Origin: an uncultured Aliarcobacter sp.
GTDB lineage: Bacteria; Campylobacterota; Campylobacteria; Campylobacterales; Arcobacteraceae
DNA length: 64,000 bases
Direction of reading: 5' to 3'
NCBI GenBank assembly: GCA_963677435.1
Contig: OY781945.1
Location: 1,056,001 to 1,120,000, forward strand
Shown here: positions 31,970 to 42,548 of the stretch, in pieces
How the letters are laid out: each line of letters starts with the position of its first letter
How positions within the stretch are numbered: the stretch's first letter is position 1
Translations under genes and position numbers: made by a program
The notes under the pieces: generated by a model
The model's input: only the letters and a program-made list of their open reading frames with translations
Database searches by the model: none
What the model was told of the DNA's origin: nothing

Positions 31970-32380
31970 AGAATAAACCTTTTTTATTTGATTATAGCAT
32001 TTTGAGTATTTAATTTAAAATTAAAATATGGGAATTTCAAGAAGCAAGGATGAATACTAATTGAGATAATAAAACTTATTAGAATTATTATCTCAATCAC
32101 AACGATTTTTTAAATTCTTAATAAAAATCTGACGGTATAATGAGTTGGTGAATAAAGTTAGGAAAAATTGTTACCAACAATTTTGTTGCACGAGGGCGAA
32201 AAAACTTTTTCAAATTTCTCTTATGCTGAAATTCTAATCTTTTTAATATAAAATCAATATTAATATATGAATTCTTTATATTTTATTTTCAATTATAAAT
32301 TGCAATTATTTTATAAATATAGTAAAACATAAATAAACTTTAGTTAACATAATCAAAAAGTAATTAGGGGTATATATTAT

Positions 32381-35300
32381 ATGAGTAAAAAAAATATCTC
32401 TAAGAGTAAATTATTGCAGATTGAATTATCGAAAATTATAAATCCACAAAAAGCTGTTTCTAGATTAAAGTTTTATTTTGATAGAACATTAGTTGAAGAA
32501 AATTTTAAAAAAATAGCATTTAACAAACGGTATAGTCCTTATATAATTGGAAATCCTTTTCCAAAAGAATATGAATTAGTGGAAAATAATAATTTTATTG
32601 CTCAAAGAAGTTTAGATGAGGAATTATGGTGGACTTTACAAGTAATAAATTGTTATAGAGAAGAAATTAATAGTTTTGCAATTTTGTCAAATAAATACTA
32701 TAGTTTATTTCATTATGGTTTGTACGATGATGCAAATAATTGTCTTTTAGAAATTGAAAAAGAATTTGGACTTTCAAATTGGCTAATTGAAAATAGGATT
32801 ATTCTACTTTCGAAAAAAGATGGTTTAAAAGAACAAAAAGAATATTTATATTATATAAGAGATAAGTTATCTGCAACCACTTCTTTATTAGCATATTATA
32901 ATAGTCAAAAAGCAGAGAGTGAAGTATCTTTTGAACAATTTAATAAAAGATTTAAAAAATCTTGGGATGAATATCCAAATATAAGAGATTACTTTTATAT
33001 AAAATGTAATCCATTAAATGAAAAAATAGATAAATTAGAAGATTTTATCTATGGTGATAACAAACTACCCATAATTGATCGATACTTAGGTTTAAAAAAA
33101 GCTTTTTATATTATTTTAACTGATAAAAACAATTATAACTTATCAATTGAAAAAATAAAGAAATATCTTTTTAATTTAAGTAAATTTATTGAAGATGATG
33201 AATTAAAACCATTATTGTATAATTTAAGAATTTATGAGTTTGATGAATTAAATATTAATAATGAAGATTATGTTAAAGCTTTGGATTATTACACTGAAGG
33301 TAATTATAAGTATGCACATAATATTTGTGTAGATTTAATTGATAAAAAATCTAAGTTTTGGGTAAATATTATTGAATTATTAGTTAAATGCGAAATTAGA
33401 GACAATAAAATTAATTTATCTGATAATTTTTTTGCTAATGAAAGTATGATAAAAATAGTTTATTTAAGTTTTAAATCTATTTTGCTTAAAGATAATTTAG
33501 TTGTAAGTTCAGTTAAAAAACTTTTTAAAATAGCATTGGAGTTATCAAGTCATCATATTTCAAATAATATTTTATTATTTACTCATAAAAATCTAAAATT
33601 CTATAAACTTTCTCCAACTGAACATTCAATATTAGAGGCTAAATTAGGAAGTGCTTTATATGACATAAGAAATAGAGATATTTTTGAACAAGATGAAAGA
33701 AAAAAATTAATTGAAGTATTTAGTAAAAACTATACAAATTCAACAACATATCGTTTAATTAATTTAGAAAAAATCGATGTTAATATTCCTAGTTATCGAG
33801 AAAATAAATATAAATTATTGAGTAATAACAACAATCTTATATCAGATGAAGATAAAATATCTATATATCAGGGAATAATAAAAAAAGCTAACATTTTAGA
33901 TAAATTTGATGCAATAATTAATTTATCAAATTTTTTATTTAAATTAAAAAGAATTGAAGAATGTTTAGAATGTGTAGTAGGGGGATATTTTATAAATAAT
34001 AATTTAATCTATAACTTAAATATACAAGATTTAACAGAATATATTACAGAAAATCATCAATTTGATTTTAGCGATAATATATGTACATCAATTTTATATG
34101 ATTTATATAGTAAATATGTTTCATCATCTTTAGATGAAATAAAGGCAATAAGATATGAGATTTTTTTAGAGGCAAATGGTTTCACTAAAGCAAGTGAATT
34201 GATTAGAGAAGTGGATAAATTTGATTCTGAGAAAGTTAATTATTTCTTAGAATTTAATTGTACTATGCAAATAATGGATTCTTCTGAATATTTGTTAAAT
34301 ACAAAAGAAGTAGAAGATGAAAGAATTAATATTTGTCAATTTTTAGTTGAAAGAGGTGTTTCTAATAAAATAAGTTTATTAAAGGAAATTAAAAACATTA
34401 CGGAATCTTTTTTAATATCAAAATTTATTAATGAAATTGAACAAAATAAAATTTATGTAAATATTGAAGGGATTAAAACACAATTATCAAGTTCTTTTAA
34501 AGAGTATTATTTAAGATATAGCAACCTTGTTAATAATGTAGGGGATTTAAGAAGAAGATTAACTTCTCAATATATAATTAATAATACTTATAGTCTTAAT
34601 GAACCTTATCCAGAAAATGATATAACCCCGCTACTAATTAATGCTTTATCAGATACCATAGAATATTTTGTTTATAGTAGTGAATATGGATTAGCTGGTT
34701 TTTTAAGTACTAATATTAGACATGGAAAACTATATAATTTTTTAACTAGTTCATTATTGTCATCAAACTTAATGATAAAAAAAAGTAATTCTTTTTGGCA
34801 AGAACTTTATAAAGAAGATGATAGTGATAGCGTTTTAAAACTAATTAAACTTTTAAATGAGTTTACTTTGAAAATAGATAAGCTTATTAATAATTTTATA
34901 GATAAATATATTCAGATAAAAACAAATGAGCCAAACAAAGAAAATGCTTTATTTGATTATTCATTTAAAAAAGACATTGTAATTCCTCTGTACAATGAAT
35001 TAGAAGAAGAAGCAGCTTTTGAAGATTTTCAAAATAGGTTATTTGATATTTTATGGTTAAAAACAGAAAGAAATTTAGAATCGATTAGAAATAAAATTAC
35101 AAATGAATTGTATATTGAATTTATAAATATATTTAAAGAATTAAATCAAGCTTTAGAAAATTTAAAATTTGATTTAAATTTATCGCTAATTAGAGATTCA
35201 ATAAATAGAGAATCCACAATGATACAAAGAAAAATTGATAACTTAGTATTATGGTTTACTAGGCAAACATCTTTAAATATCCCTGATTTTGAATTTAATT

Positions 35301-35791
35301 TGCCTAATAATATTGTATTGGAAGTAATTAATAACGTACATATGAATCATAATCTTATAACAAAACTAACTATATTAAATGAAGATTTATTTAAGGGTTC
35401 TATGTTAAAAGGTTTTGTAGATATATTATTTATTCTTTATGATAATGCCATAAATAGTTATAAAAAAGAAATAAATAGTAATTTGACAAAAAATTTTTTC
35501 CTAACTTTTGATTCATCAAAGTATAAAGATAATCAATATAAACTTGAAGTAAGTAATTATATTAGTTCTGATACAAATATAGATTTACTTAATCAAAAAC
35601 TTGAAGAAATTAAAGATAATATTAAAAATAAAATGATTGGACATAGAGTAAGCACAGAAGGTGGAACAGGGTTTTATAAAATTGTAAAAATATTAAAGTA
35701 TGATTTAAATTTACCAAATTTATTTATTGATTTTTATGTAAATAAAGAAACTTATAAATTTATGGTTGAGATACACTTTAGGAGGGATTAA
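32381..35791 (+). CDS. dtcA: Detocs-like sensor kinase (helical/TPR N-terminus, C-terminal HATPase)
   Basis: 1136 aa with no TM segment; LSTNIRHG (candidate phospho-His); ILYDNA N-box; EGGTGFYKI G-box; coupled to REC and REC-PNP genes. Confidence 0.8.
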   Translation: MSKKNISKSKLLQIELSKIINPQKAVSRLKFYFDRTLVEENFKKIAFNKRYSPYIIGNPFPKEYELVENNNFIAQRSLDEELWWTLQVINCYREEINSFAILSNKYYSLFHYGLYDDANNCLLEIEKEFGLSNWLIENRIILLSKKDGLKEQKEYLYYIRDKLSATTSLLAYYNSQKAESEVSFEQFNKRFKKSWDEYPNIRDYFYIKCNPLNEKIDKLEDFIYGDNKLPIIDRYLGLKKAFYIILTDKNNYNLSIEKIKKYLFNLSKFIEDDELKPLLYNLRIYEFDELNINNEDYVKALDYYTEGNYKYAHNICVDLIDKKSKFWVNIIELLVKCEIRDNKINLSDNFFANESMIKIVYLSFKSILLKDNLVVSSVKKLFKIALELSSHHISNNILLFTHKNLKFYKLSPTEHSILEAKLGSALYDIRNRDIFEQDERKKLIEVFSKNYTNSTTYRLINLEKIDVNIPSYRENKYKLLSNNNNLISDEDKISIYQGIIKKANILDKFDAIINLSNFLFKLKRIEECLECVVGGYFINNNLIYNLNIQDLTEYITENHQFDFSDNICTSILYDLYSKYVSSSLDEIKAIRYEIFLEANGFTKASELIREVDKFDSEKVNYFLEFNCTMQIMDSSEYLLNTKEVEDERINICQFLVERGVSNKISLLKEIKNITESFLISKFINEIEQNKIYVNIEGIKTQLSSSFKEYYLRYSNLVNNVGDLRRRLTSQYIINNTYSLNEPYPENDITPLLINALSDTIEYFVYSSEYGLAGFLSTNIRHGKLYNFLTSSLLSSNLMIKKSNSFWQELYKEDDSDSVLKLIKLLNEFTLKIDKLINNFIDKYIQIKTNEPNKENALFDYSFKKDIVIPLYNELEEEAAFEDFQNRLFDILWLKTERNLESIRNKITNELYIEFINIFKELNQALENLKFDLNLSLIRDSINRESTMIQRKIDNLVLWFTRQTSLNIPDFEFNLPNNIVLEVINNVHMNHNLITKLTILNEDLFKGSMLKGFVDILFILYDNAINSYKKEINSNLTKNFFLTFDSSKYKDNQYKLEVSNYISSDTNIDLLNQKLEEIKDNIKNKMIGHRVSTEGGTGFYKIVKILKYDLNLPNLFIDFYVNKETYKFMVEIHFRRD

Positions 35792-36255
35792 TGAAATGTT
35801 TATTAGTAGAAGATGATAAATATAAAGCAAAAAATATAGAAGATGTATTAAATAAGAATTTTGATATTGAAATTGTCAGGAAAATGTCTTTCAAAACAGC
35901 TCTTATCGAATCATTAAATCCTAGGTATGATTTAATATTATTAGATATGAGTATGTTGACATTTGATATTACATCTGATGAAAAAGGTGGAAGACCTAGA
36001 CATTATGCAGGGAAAGAAATAATCTTAAAAATGCAATATAGAAATATTGATACTCCAGTTATAGTAATTACACAATTTGAAAACTTTGGAGAAGGGAATA
36101 GTCGAATGAATTTAAAAGATCTCACAAAACAATTAGAGAATATAAATTATAAAGGTTATCAAGAAACAATTTTTTATAATATGGTAGGAAGTGACTGGCA
36201 AGAAAAACTTCTTTCAAGAATAAAATTAATTATGGATAAAAGAGGGATAAAGTAG
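35791..36255 (+). CDS. dtcB: Stand-alone receiver domain protein (Detocs)
   Basis: LLVEDD, LILLDMSM, VIVIT; start overlaps the upstream stop (TAATG). Confidence 0.82.
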   Translation: MKCLLVEDDKYKAKNIEDVLNKNFDIEIVRKMSFKTALIESLNPRYDLILLDMSMLTFDITSDEKGGRPRHYAGKEIILKMQYRNIDTPVIVITQFENFGEGNSRMNLKDLTKQLENINYKGYQETIFYNMVGSDWQEKLLSRIKLIMDKRGIK

Positions 36256-37484
36256 TGAGAGTAATTATTATAGATGATGATGATTCAAAAAGAAATGAGA
36301 TAATATCTGCATTATGTATTAGTGGAGTTATAATAAAAAGTGATTTTATTGAATGCAAAAGCATTATGAGTGCGAAAGAAGCTCTCCAAAAAGAAAAATT
36401 TGATGTAATGCTTTTAGATTTAAATTTACCTTTGAGAGATAATGATTCTGAAATTAAAAGTAAAGAAGGATTAAAATTTTTAAAAGAATTTAAGTATCAT
36501 AGAAAATATCATCAACCTAGGGAAATTATTGGTATTACTTCTTATGAAGAAGAATTAAAAGAAGTAAAAGAAGATTTTGAAAATAACTTAATTCATATTA
36601 TTCATTATCATACTGTAAAAGAGGATTGGAAAGAAAAACTGATAGAAAGATTTCAATATTTAGAATCATCAATTAAAGAAAAATACGAATACAATTATGA
36701 TTTAGCAATAATATGTGCGTTAGAAGATCCTGAATTATTAGCAATAAGAAAATTATCTACCAGTTGGACACGTATTTATTTAGAAAATACTAGTATTCCA
36801 TACTATGAAACTTATTTTGAATTTGAGAAAAAAAAGTTAAAAGTAATTATTGTTAGTATTAACAAAATGGGAATGGTTCCTACTGCAGTATTATCAACTC
36901 AAACAATTCAATTTTTTAGACCAAAATATTTAGCAATGACAGGAATTGCAGCAGGAATAGAAAGTTCAGGGGTTAAATTAGGAGATATATTGGTTGTAAA
37001 TCCTAGTTGGGATTCAGGTGCAGGAAAAATAAAAAAAGACATGAATGATGAACCATTATTTGAAATTGACCCCAGACAGGAAACCATAGACAGTGATATA
37101 AACTACAATATTTTAGAACTTTCTAATGATAATGTTTTTTTAAATACACTTAGAGAAAATTGGATAACAAAAATACCAACTGTATTAAATGTTCATATTG
37201 GTCCTGTTGCTTCAGGGGCTGCAGTAATTGCTGATGGAGATATTAGTAAAAAAATACAAAAGCAATGTAGAAAATTAATTGGTATTGAAATGGAAGCATA
37301 TGGACTTATATATGCTGCAAAATATGCTACAAATCCCAAACCTGAACCTATTGTAATAAAATCTATTTGCGATTTTGCAGATGAACATAAAAATAATGAT
37401 TATCAGAGTTATGCTGCATATACAAGTGCTGGTTTTTTGTATGAATTTGCTAAAAGGTATATAAATCCATTATCGAACTTGTAA
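36255..37484 (+). CDS. dtcC: Receiver plus purine nucleoside phosphorylase-family effector (Detocs)
   Basis: IIIDDD, LLDLNLP; PNP motifs AIICAL..E, MTGIAAG, GDILV, IEMEAYG, KSICDFAD; TAGTG overlap. Confidence 0.85.
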   Translation: MRVIIIDDDDSKRNEIISALCISGVIIKSDFIECKSIMSAKEALQKEKFDVMLLDLNLPLRDNDSEIKSKEGLKFLKEFKYHRKYHQPREIIGITSYEEELKEVKEDFENNLIHIIHYHTVKEDWKEKLIERFQYLESSIKEKYEYNYDLAIICALEDPELLAIRKLSTSWTRIYLENTSIPYYETYFEFEKKKLKVIIVSINKMGMVPTAVLSTQTIQFFRPKYLAMTGIAAGIESSGVKLGDILVVNPSWDSGAGKIKKDMNDEPLFEIDPRQETIDSDINYNILELSNDNVFLNTLRENWITKIPTVLNVHIGPVASGAAVIADGDISKKIQKQCRKLIGIEMEAYGLIYAAKYATNPKPEPIVIKSICDFADEHKNNDYQSYAAYTSAGFLYEFAKRYINPLSNL

Positions 37485-37644
37485 AATATAAATGATTTTT
37501 CTAGGAATAATTTAACTTAATATAATCTTAATTATATTCGCAATAAGCTTAAATCTAATGAATTCTATTTTTAGGTGCTTAGAAGTAGATTCTTAGTGGA
37601 ATTATAGATTTAAACTTAAAGCAAATATCATTTCAATGAGTTGT

Positions 37645-37672
37645 AATACCCACAATAAAGTGGGTATTTTTT
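37645..37672 (+). terminator. Intrinsic terminator
   Basis: AATACCCAC-aataaa-GTGGGTATT followed by a T run. Confidence 0.75.
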
Positions 37673-40583
37673 AATAACTAAGACTGTATACCATGTCAAT
37701 TATATCTTGTGCTGATAAAATAATGAAAATTGTGAAATGAATTTTTTCTATGAAATTTGATAATAAATTTCTTTGTTTTTTATCTGAATAAATTGACATT
37801 AGCCATTCAATTATACTTTTTTCATTTTCTAATACTTTATCGATTTTATCTATCTTATTATTTTTACAAATATTAAAAGCTTTAATTGTTAATAAGGCTA
37901 AACTGTGATGATCTTTTTCGATACCCATTTGAAATGCATTATAGTTTGTTTTTAAATAAGATAATTCAGGTGGAGCAATTTGAGTACCTACAATTTGACT
38001 TGTATTTGAAGGTAATAAATTGTTTTTATATAAATCATTTTCTATTTTATTTATAACTTCAAACCAACCAGATATTTCTTCAAATAATAATTGAATTTGT
38101 TCTCCTTTGCCACTATTCTCATACTTTAAATATTCTTCTTCATTAACTTCTTTTGAAAGTCTATAAAATTGAATTAATTTTAAGTTTGTCTGATGTATAA
38201 CCCCATCTAAAAATATTTTCCCTGTGATGAGATATGGACATAAAGAACATCTATTTTCTCTTCCATCTGGGCACTTTGTACCAGGGCAAATTCCAAATAT
38301 CATTGGTGTCCATGATGATGGGTGTGAAGTTAATGCAATATCAGTACCTTTATCAATCTTTGTTCCTCCAATTGATTCCGAAGAGCTTTTTCTATTTAAT
38401 GAAAATAAATTGTTATCTTCAAACATTTTATTTATGTCATCTGAGTTATTTGTATCATAATTATTAGGTATTTCATTTAATAAGAAATTTTGTAAATTAG
38501 ATACAGTATTTTCACCATCAGTAATAAATATTTTATTTACAGCTGTGGCAAGCAATTCTCGTTTTTCTTCTAACTTTAATTTATTGTAGACATTTAAAAG
38601 CATATCTGGATTTGAATGACCCGTTAGTTTCATTACTAGAGATATTCCTAGCCCAGCTTCTAAATATCTGGTAGCACCAGTGACTCTCAATGAATGAATA
38701 TCATATTCAGCTGCTAATTTTGTAAAAAATCCATCAGTGCATTCATTTAATTCTTTTATACTATTTGGCATCTTAGTTTTTGATGATTTAGTCCAAATTA
38801 TTTTGATTCTATTATCACTATTTTCAGCTTTAAATTTTTCATTTACTTCTAATTGATATTGAACTAACACTTTCTTTAAATAGTTCATATGAGTATGTGC
38901 ATTAATTGGTTTGAAAATTTTTGGAGTAATCATTAAAGGAACAATTTGTTCCCATCTTGAATTGTCATCATCATTGTAATCAATTGCAGGCAAATGAGGA
39001 AAATACTCTTTATGCCAGTTTAAGAAACTAGATAGAATTGATAGCTCTTTCCAAACATTTGGTATTTCCTGTAAATATGTTCTACCTGTATTCTTATCTG
39101 TATTTACAATAATTGTTGATACATTACCATACTCATCAAATTCAAAAGAATTTTTTCTACATAAATTTCTAATTTGTGCACCTCTGATTGGAATTAGTAG
39201 ATGTAATAAAAGCATTATTGGAAAGATTGGATAAACATTTTTATGAGACCACCAATCAATATTAGCTTTAGTTAAATCCCATTTAGTATTTGTTTCTGGG
39301 GGACGATTAATAACAATATCAAGAATATGTCTAAGCATATGTTTTGGCATAGCTTTTCTTGCAGAAATTTTTTTTGTTCTTCTTGTTCTAGGAATATTTT
39401 TTAAAATATAAGGAGAAAGTAATTCTGCAAACTTTAGAAATCTTGCAATTTGAGCTAAAATTGCTCCTGCAGTTGATTTTTGTTCAGTCATTATGTAATT
39501 TAAAATACCATTTTTATTTAAAGGATTGAATATTTCTTCCATTAGCTCAATATCTATTCTTCTATGAGGATGATATGTAATTAAATATTTGAGAAATATT
39601 TTTAAATGATATGAAAAACCTTTTATTGTACCTGCTGTTAATCCATCGTTTTTAAGATACATTAAATAATGATATGTTTTTAACATTATAATTTCAAAGT
39701 TTGGATAAATTTTTATATTAACAACATTTCTTAAGAATCTTGTAGGATCATTTTTATCGATACCAAATGCAATGGATTTTCTATCAAGAGGTGCATCAAT
39801 ATCTTTTCTTCCTTGTAGAATCAACATTCGTCTTAATTCATTTATTATATATAAATAAGAATCTCCTTGTTTAGATTCTTGAATACCGTATTCATTAATA
39901 TATTTCTCAATTGCAGTCAAGTCATTATTTTCAATATTATCAGCATTTTTAATATTTAAAGAAGATAATAAATATATCAATACATTGTTATAATAGTTTT
40001 GGGTAGTAACATTTTTATATTTTTTAAAATCATTATATTGAAGTACAATATTTTTATTAAAAATATAATGTTTATATTGATAATTTCTCGATGCTCCTTC
40101 TTTTGCTTTTGTAATTGGATATAGTAATTTCCCATTAGAATATTGGTATAAAAAGAACCTATCAATCATGGTTCTTAACAGTACTAATTTACCAAGTACA
40201 GAATCACTATTGTAAAATAAATCTATAAGAACATCATAAGATGAAACAGCTATGTATTTATAACTATTCCCAATCTTATTTAATGATATTACATGTAATT
40301 CTTGTTTCAATCCAAATATTTCAGCTATTCTATCTGATGCACCAATAAAATGATTTGAGTGTAATTCATATGATAGTTTAAATTTAACTAATGGATTTTT
40401 TTTATTATTCGATTCATTAGGAATATCATGTTCAATATAAAAATTAATGAATGACAGCCAATCTTCTGCTAAGGTACTATACGCCTCCTTTAATATATAA
40501 AACTTGCCACTTAAATTCACTGTTGGAAGTGAATAACCATATATACAATTGTTATTTACTATATTTTTGTTTATAGTCTCCAT
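37671..40583 (-). CDS. Large tyrosine recombinase with Cys-rich C-terminal domain
   Basis: PIRGAQ (R), DIHSLR (HxxR), TGHSNPDMLLNVY (H, Y); GICPGTKC...CSLCPYLITG; probable ATG 40583 after AAAGGA. Confidence 0.88.
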   Translation of the reverse strand: METINKNIVNNNCIYGYSLPTVNLSGKFYILKEAYSTLAEDWLSFINFYIEHDIPNESNNKKNPLVKFKLSYELHSNHFIGASDRIAEIFGLKQELHVISLNKIGNSYKYIAVSSYDVLIDLFYNSDSVLGKLVLLRTMIDRFFLYQYSNGKLLYPITKAKEGASRNYQYKHYIFNKNIVLQYNDFKKYKNVTTQNYYNNVLIYLLSSLNIKNADNIENNDLTAIEKYINEYGIQESKQGDSYLYIINELRRMLILQGRKDIDAPLDRKSIAFGIDKNDPTRFLRNVVNIKIYPNFEIIMLKTYHYLMYLKNDGLTAGTIKGFSYHLKIFLKYLITYHPHRRIDIELMEEIFNPLNKNGILNYIMTEQKSTAGAILAQIARFLKFAELLSPYILKNIPRTRRTKKISARKAMPKHMLRHILDIVINRPPETNTKWDLTKANIDWWSHKNVYPIFPIMLLLHLLIPIRGAQIRNLCRKNSFEFDEYGNVSTIIVNTDKNTGRTYLQEIPNVWKELSILSSFLNWHKEYFPHLPAIDYNDDDNSRWEQIVPLMITPKIFKPINAHTHMNYLKKVLVQYQLEVNEKFKAENSDNRIKIIWTKSSKTKMPNSIKELNECTDGFFTKLAAEYDIHSLRVTGATRYLEAGLGISLVMKLTGHSNPDMLLNVYNKLKLEEKRELLATAVNKIFITDGENTVSNLQNFLLNEIPNNYDTNNSDDINKMFEDNNLFSLNRKSSSESIGGTKIDKGTDIALTSHPSSWTPMIFGICPGTKCPDGRENRCSLCPYLITGKIFLDGVIHQTNLKLIQFYRLSKEVNEEEYLKYENSGKGEQIQLLFEEISGWFEVINKIENDLYKNNLLPSNTSQIVGTQIAPPELSYLKTNYNAFQMGIEKDHHSLALLTIKAFNICKNNKIDKIDKVLENEKSIIEWLMSIYSDKKQRNLLSNFIEKIHFTIFIILSAQDIIDMVYSLSY

Positions 40584-41172
40584 ATTTACTTTCCTTTGGA
40601 AAGATCTTTTTAAATAAAGATCCATTTAATATTTTGTTGTTATATACGGAAAGGATTACGTCAAAGGATTTTTCATCTATGTATAGAATTTCTTTATCTA
40701 ATAAAACAGTTAAAATATGTTCTAATGCTAAATATAATTCTTTATCATTAAGGGAATCATTAACAGTTTTCTTTGTATCAATTTTATATTCTGATAAAAG
40801 ATCTTTAAAAACTGAAATTTCTTTATCTTTTTGTAAATTATCAGCTTTTAATTTATAAATTTCAGCTATTAATTCAGGTTCGCTCATTTCTTTTAAAGTT
40901 TTTGAGTTAAAAGAATTTTTGGATTGGTCTTTTGGTAAACAATCATTGTTTTTTTCTTTATCAATTAATTCTTTATAAATTTTATTTTTACAAAGTGCAG
41001 AAATAGATAATCCTTTTTGTGTTTCTGATGATAAATCATAAGTTGTTCTTGATACATTTGATAAAGTAATTTCAATATTAAATTTTTTTAAATGCTCAAT
41101 AGCTTTTTTCACAAATTTAAGATTTTTTTCTACTTTATCTTGTCTATATTGTTCTAAATTATCTTTTTTCAT
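40552..41172 (-). CDS. TnpC/DUF6262-like accessory protein (HTH plus coiled coil)
   Basis: AIEHLKK..IEITLSNVSR...LSISALCKN..YKELI followed by a coiled coil; overlaps both recombinase genes. Confidence 0.65.
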   Translation of the reverse strand: MKKDNLEQYRQDKVEKNLKFVKKAIEHLKKFNIEITLSNVSRTTYDLSSETQKGLSISALCKNKIYKELIDKEKNNDCLPKDQSKNSFNSKTLKEMSEPELIAEIYKLKADNLQKDKEISVFKDLLSEYKIDTKKTVNDSLNDKELYLALEHILTVLLDKEILYIDEKSFDVILSVYNNKILNGSLFKKIFPKESKYGDYKQKYSK

Positions 41173-42476
41173 AATTTATTTTCTCCATGAAAAATTTGTT
41201 CACTTGCTTCTTTAATTTTTTTTCTTTTTGTATCATCTGTAAAATTAAAATATATTAGAGTTGAATCTATATTATTATGTCCCATAGCTTCTTTTGTTAA
41301 AAAGAGTATTGATTCATCTCCTGTTTTTGCAAATACTTCAGCCATAACTACACCAAACATATGTCGTAAGGAGTGAAATCCTAAATCTGGAATATTATGT
41401 CCTTGAGTATTTAATGTTCTAATTTGTTTTTTGAATATTTCTAATAAACCTCTAGCCATTAATCTTTTACCACTTGAGGTAATAAATACGAATGGATGAG
41501 GCTTTATTCTAAGTTTCTCTTTGATATATTTTGAAGAATTAATATATTCATAAATTGTAGTAAAAAATAGTTTTCTGTACTTTTCACTAATCCAATATAA
41601 TGGCTCTCTTTTGAGAGGAATAGGGTACTTAAATTGTAACCCTAAATTATTATGTTCTTTATCTTGAATTATATTAATTCCATATTTATCAAATAACCAC
41701 TTTTTTCGGTTATTCCCATAAATATCTATGGCTGTGGATGTCGGGTCCAACAGCCATACTTCTTCTTTTTCAAAATCTATATCATATAGTGTTAAGTTTA
41801 GAGCTTGTCCTACACGAGCAGAACAAGATCCCATTAGTAAGTATAAAAGTTTTTCTCTAGGTTTTGAAATGCTTAATAATGCATCAAAACTTTTATGAGG
41901 AAAAGCTTTAATTGTATTTCTACTTGAAGCACTAACTTTATATGGCTTCAAATAGTCTTTTTTCTTTCCAAAGGTTTCTAAATAAGAACTTGATTTTTTA
42001 ATATCAAGTGCAGATAAAAATCCTTTTTTGCTTCTTTGTTGTTCATAGAATATATCTATATAATTTTTGTTTTCAAGTAGGTTAGATTCATCGATAAAGT
42101 TTAAAAAACTTTTGATGCCAGCTAACTCTTTGTTAATTGTTTGTTTTGCTTTTGGTTTTTCATTCCAGATAATTAATTCAATTTCATCATTTAAATAATT
42201 ATCGAAAAGTTTTTCTTTTATGTTATATCCGACTAACAAATCCTCTCTATATCTAGCCAAGTAGAAATGAAATGATTTATCATCAGTTGTTTTGTTGTTA
42301 TAGAGACTCCAAATCCAAAATCTCTCTATTGCTTTTGTGAATTGATAAATGGTTCCAGGTTTACAGTTTCTAATTATAGATAACCATATACTCCACTCAT
42401 AGGATTTAGATAACTTTATTACTTGACTTTCAAAGTTATGAGCGACTGAATAACCATTACCAATTTTAACTATCAT
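41169..42476 (-). CDS. Tyrosine recombinase/integrase
   Basis: ARVGQALNL, FHSLRH, MGHNNIDSTLIY. Confidence 0.92.
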   Translation of the reverse strand: MIVKIGNGYSVAHNFESQVIKLSKSYEWSIWLSIIRNCKPGTIYQFTKAIERFWIWSLYNNKTTDDKSFHFYLARYREDLLVGYNIKEKLFDNYLNDEIELIIWNEKPKAKQTINKELAGIKSFLNFIDESNLLENKNYIDIFYEQQRSKKGFLSALDIKKSSSYLETFGKKKDYLKPYKVSASSRNTIKAFPHKSFDALLSISKPREKLLYLLMGSCSARVGQALNLTLYDIDFEKEEVWLLDPTSTAIDIYGNNRKKWLFDKYGINIIQDKEHNNLGLQFKYPIPLKREPLYWISEKYRKLFFTTIYEYINSSKYIKEKLRIKPHPFVFITSSGKRLMARGLLEIFKKQIRTLNTQGHNIPDLGFHSLRHMFGVVMAEVFAKTGDESILFLTKEAMGHNNIDSTLIYFNFTDDTKRKKIKEASEQIFHGENKL

Positions 42477-42487
42477 TTGATAGTCCT

Positions 42488-42548
42488 TCTAGGTAATAAC
42501 TTAACCGTACAAAAGTATAACATAGTCAATAGTAAAAAGTACCTAAAA
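42488..42548 (-). promoter_or_regulatory. Integrase promoter flanked by end-like motifs
   Basis: Extended -10 TGTTATACT (minus strand, 42514-42522) between TTCTAGGTA (42488) and AATAGTAAAAAGTACCTAAAA (42528-42548). Confidence 0.5.

Noticed and set aside
40584..40625. Upstream start MDLYLKR for the large recombinase
   Set aside because: ATG 40583 has the clear AAAGGA RBS and a shorter overlap with the upstream gene.
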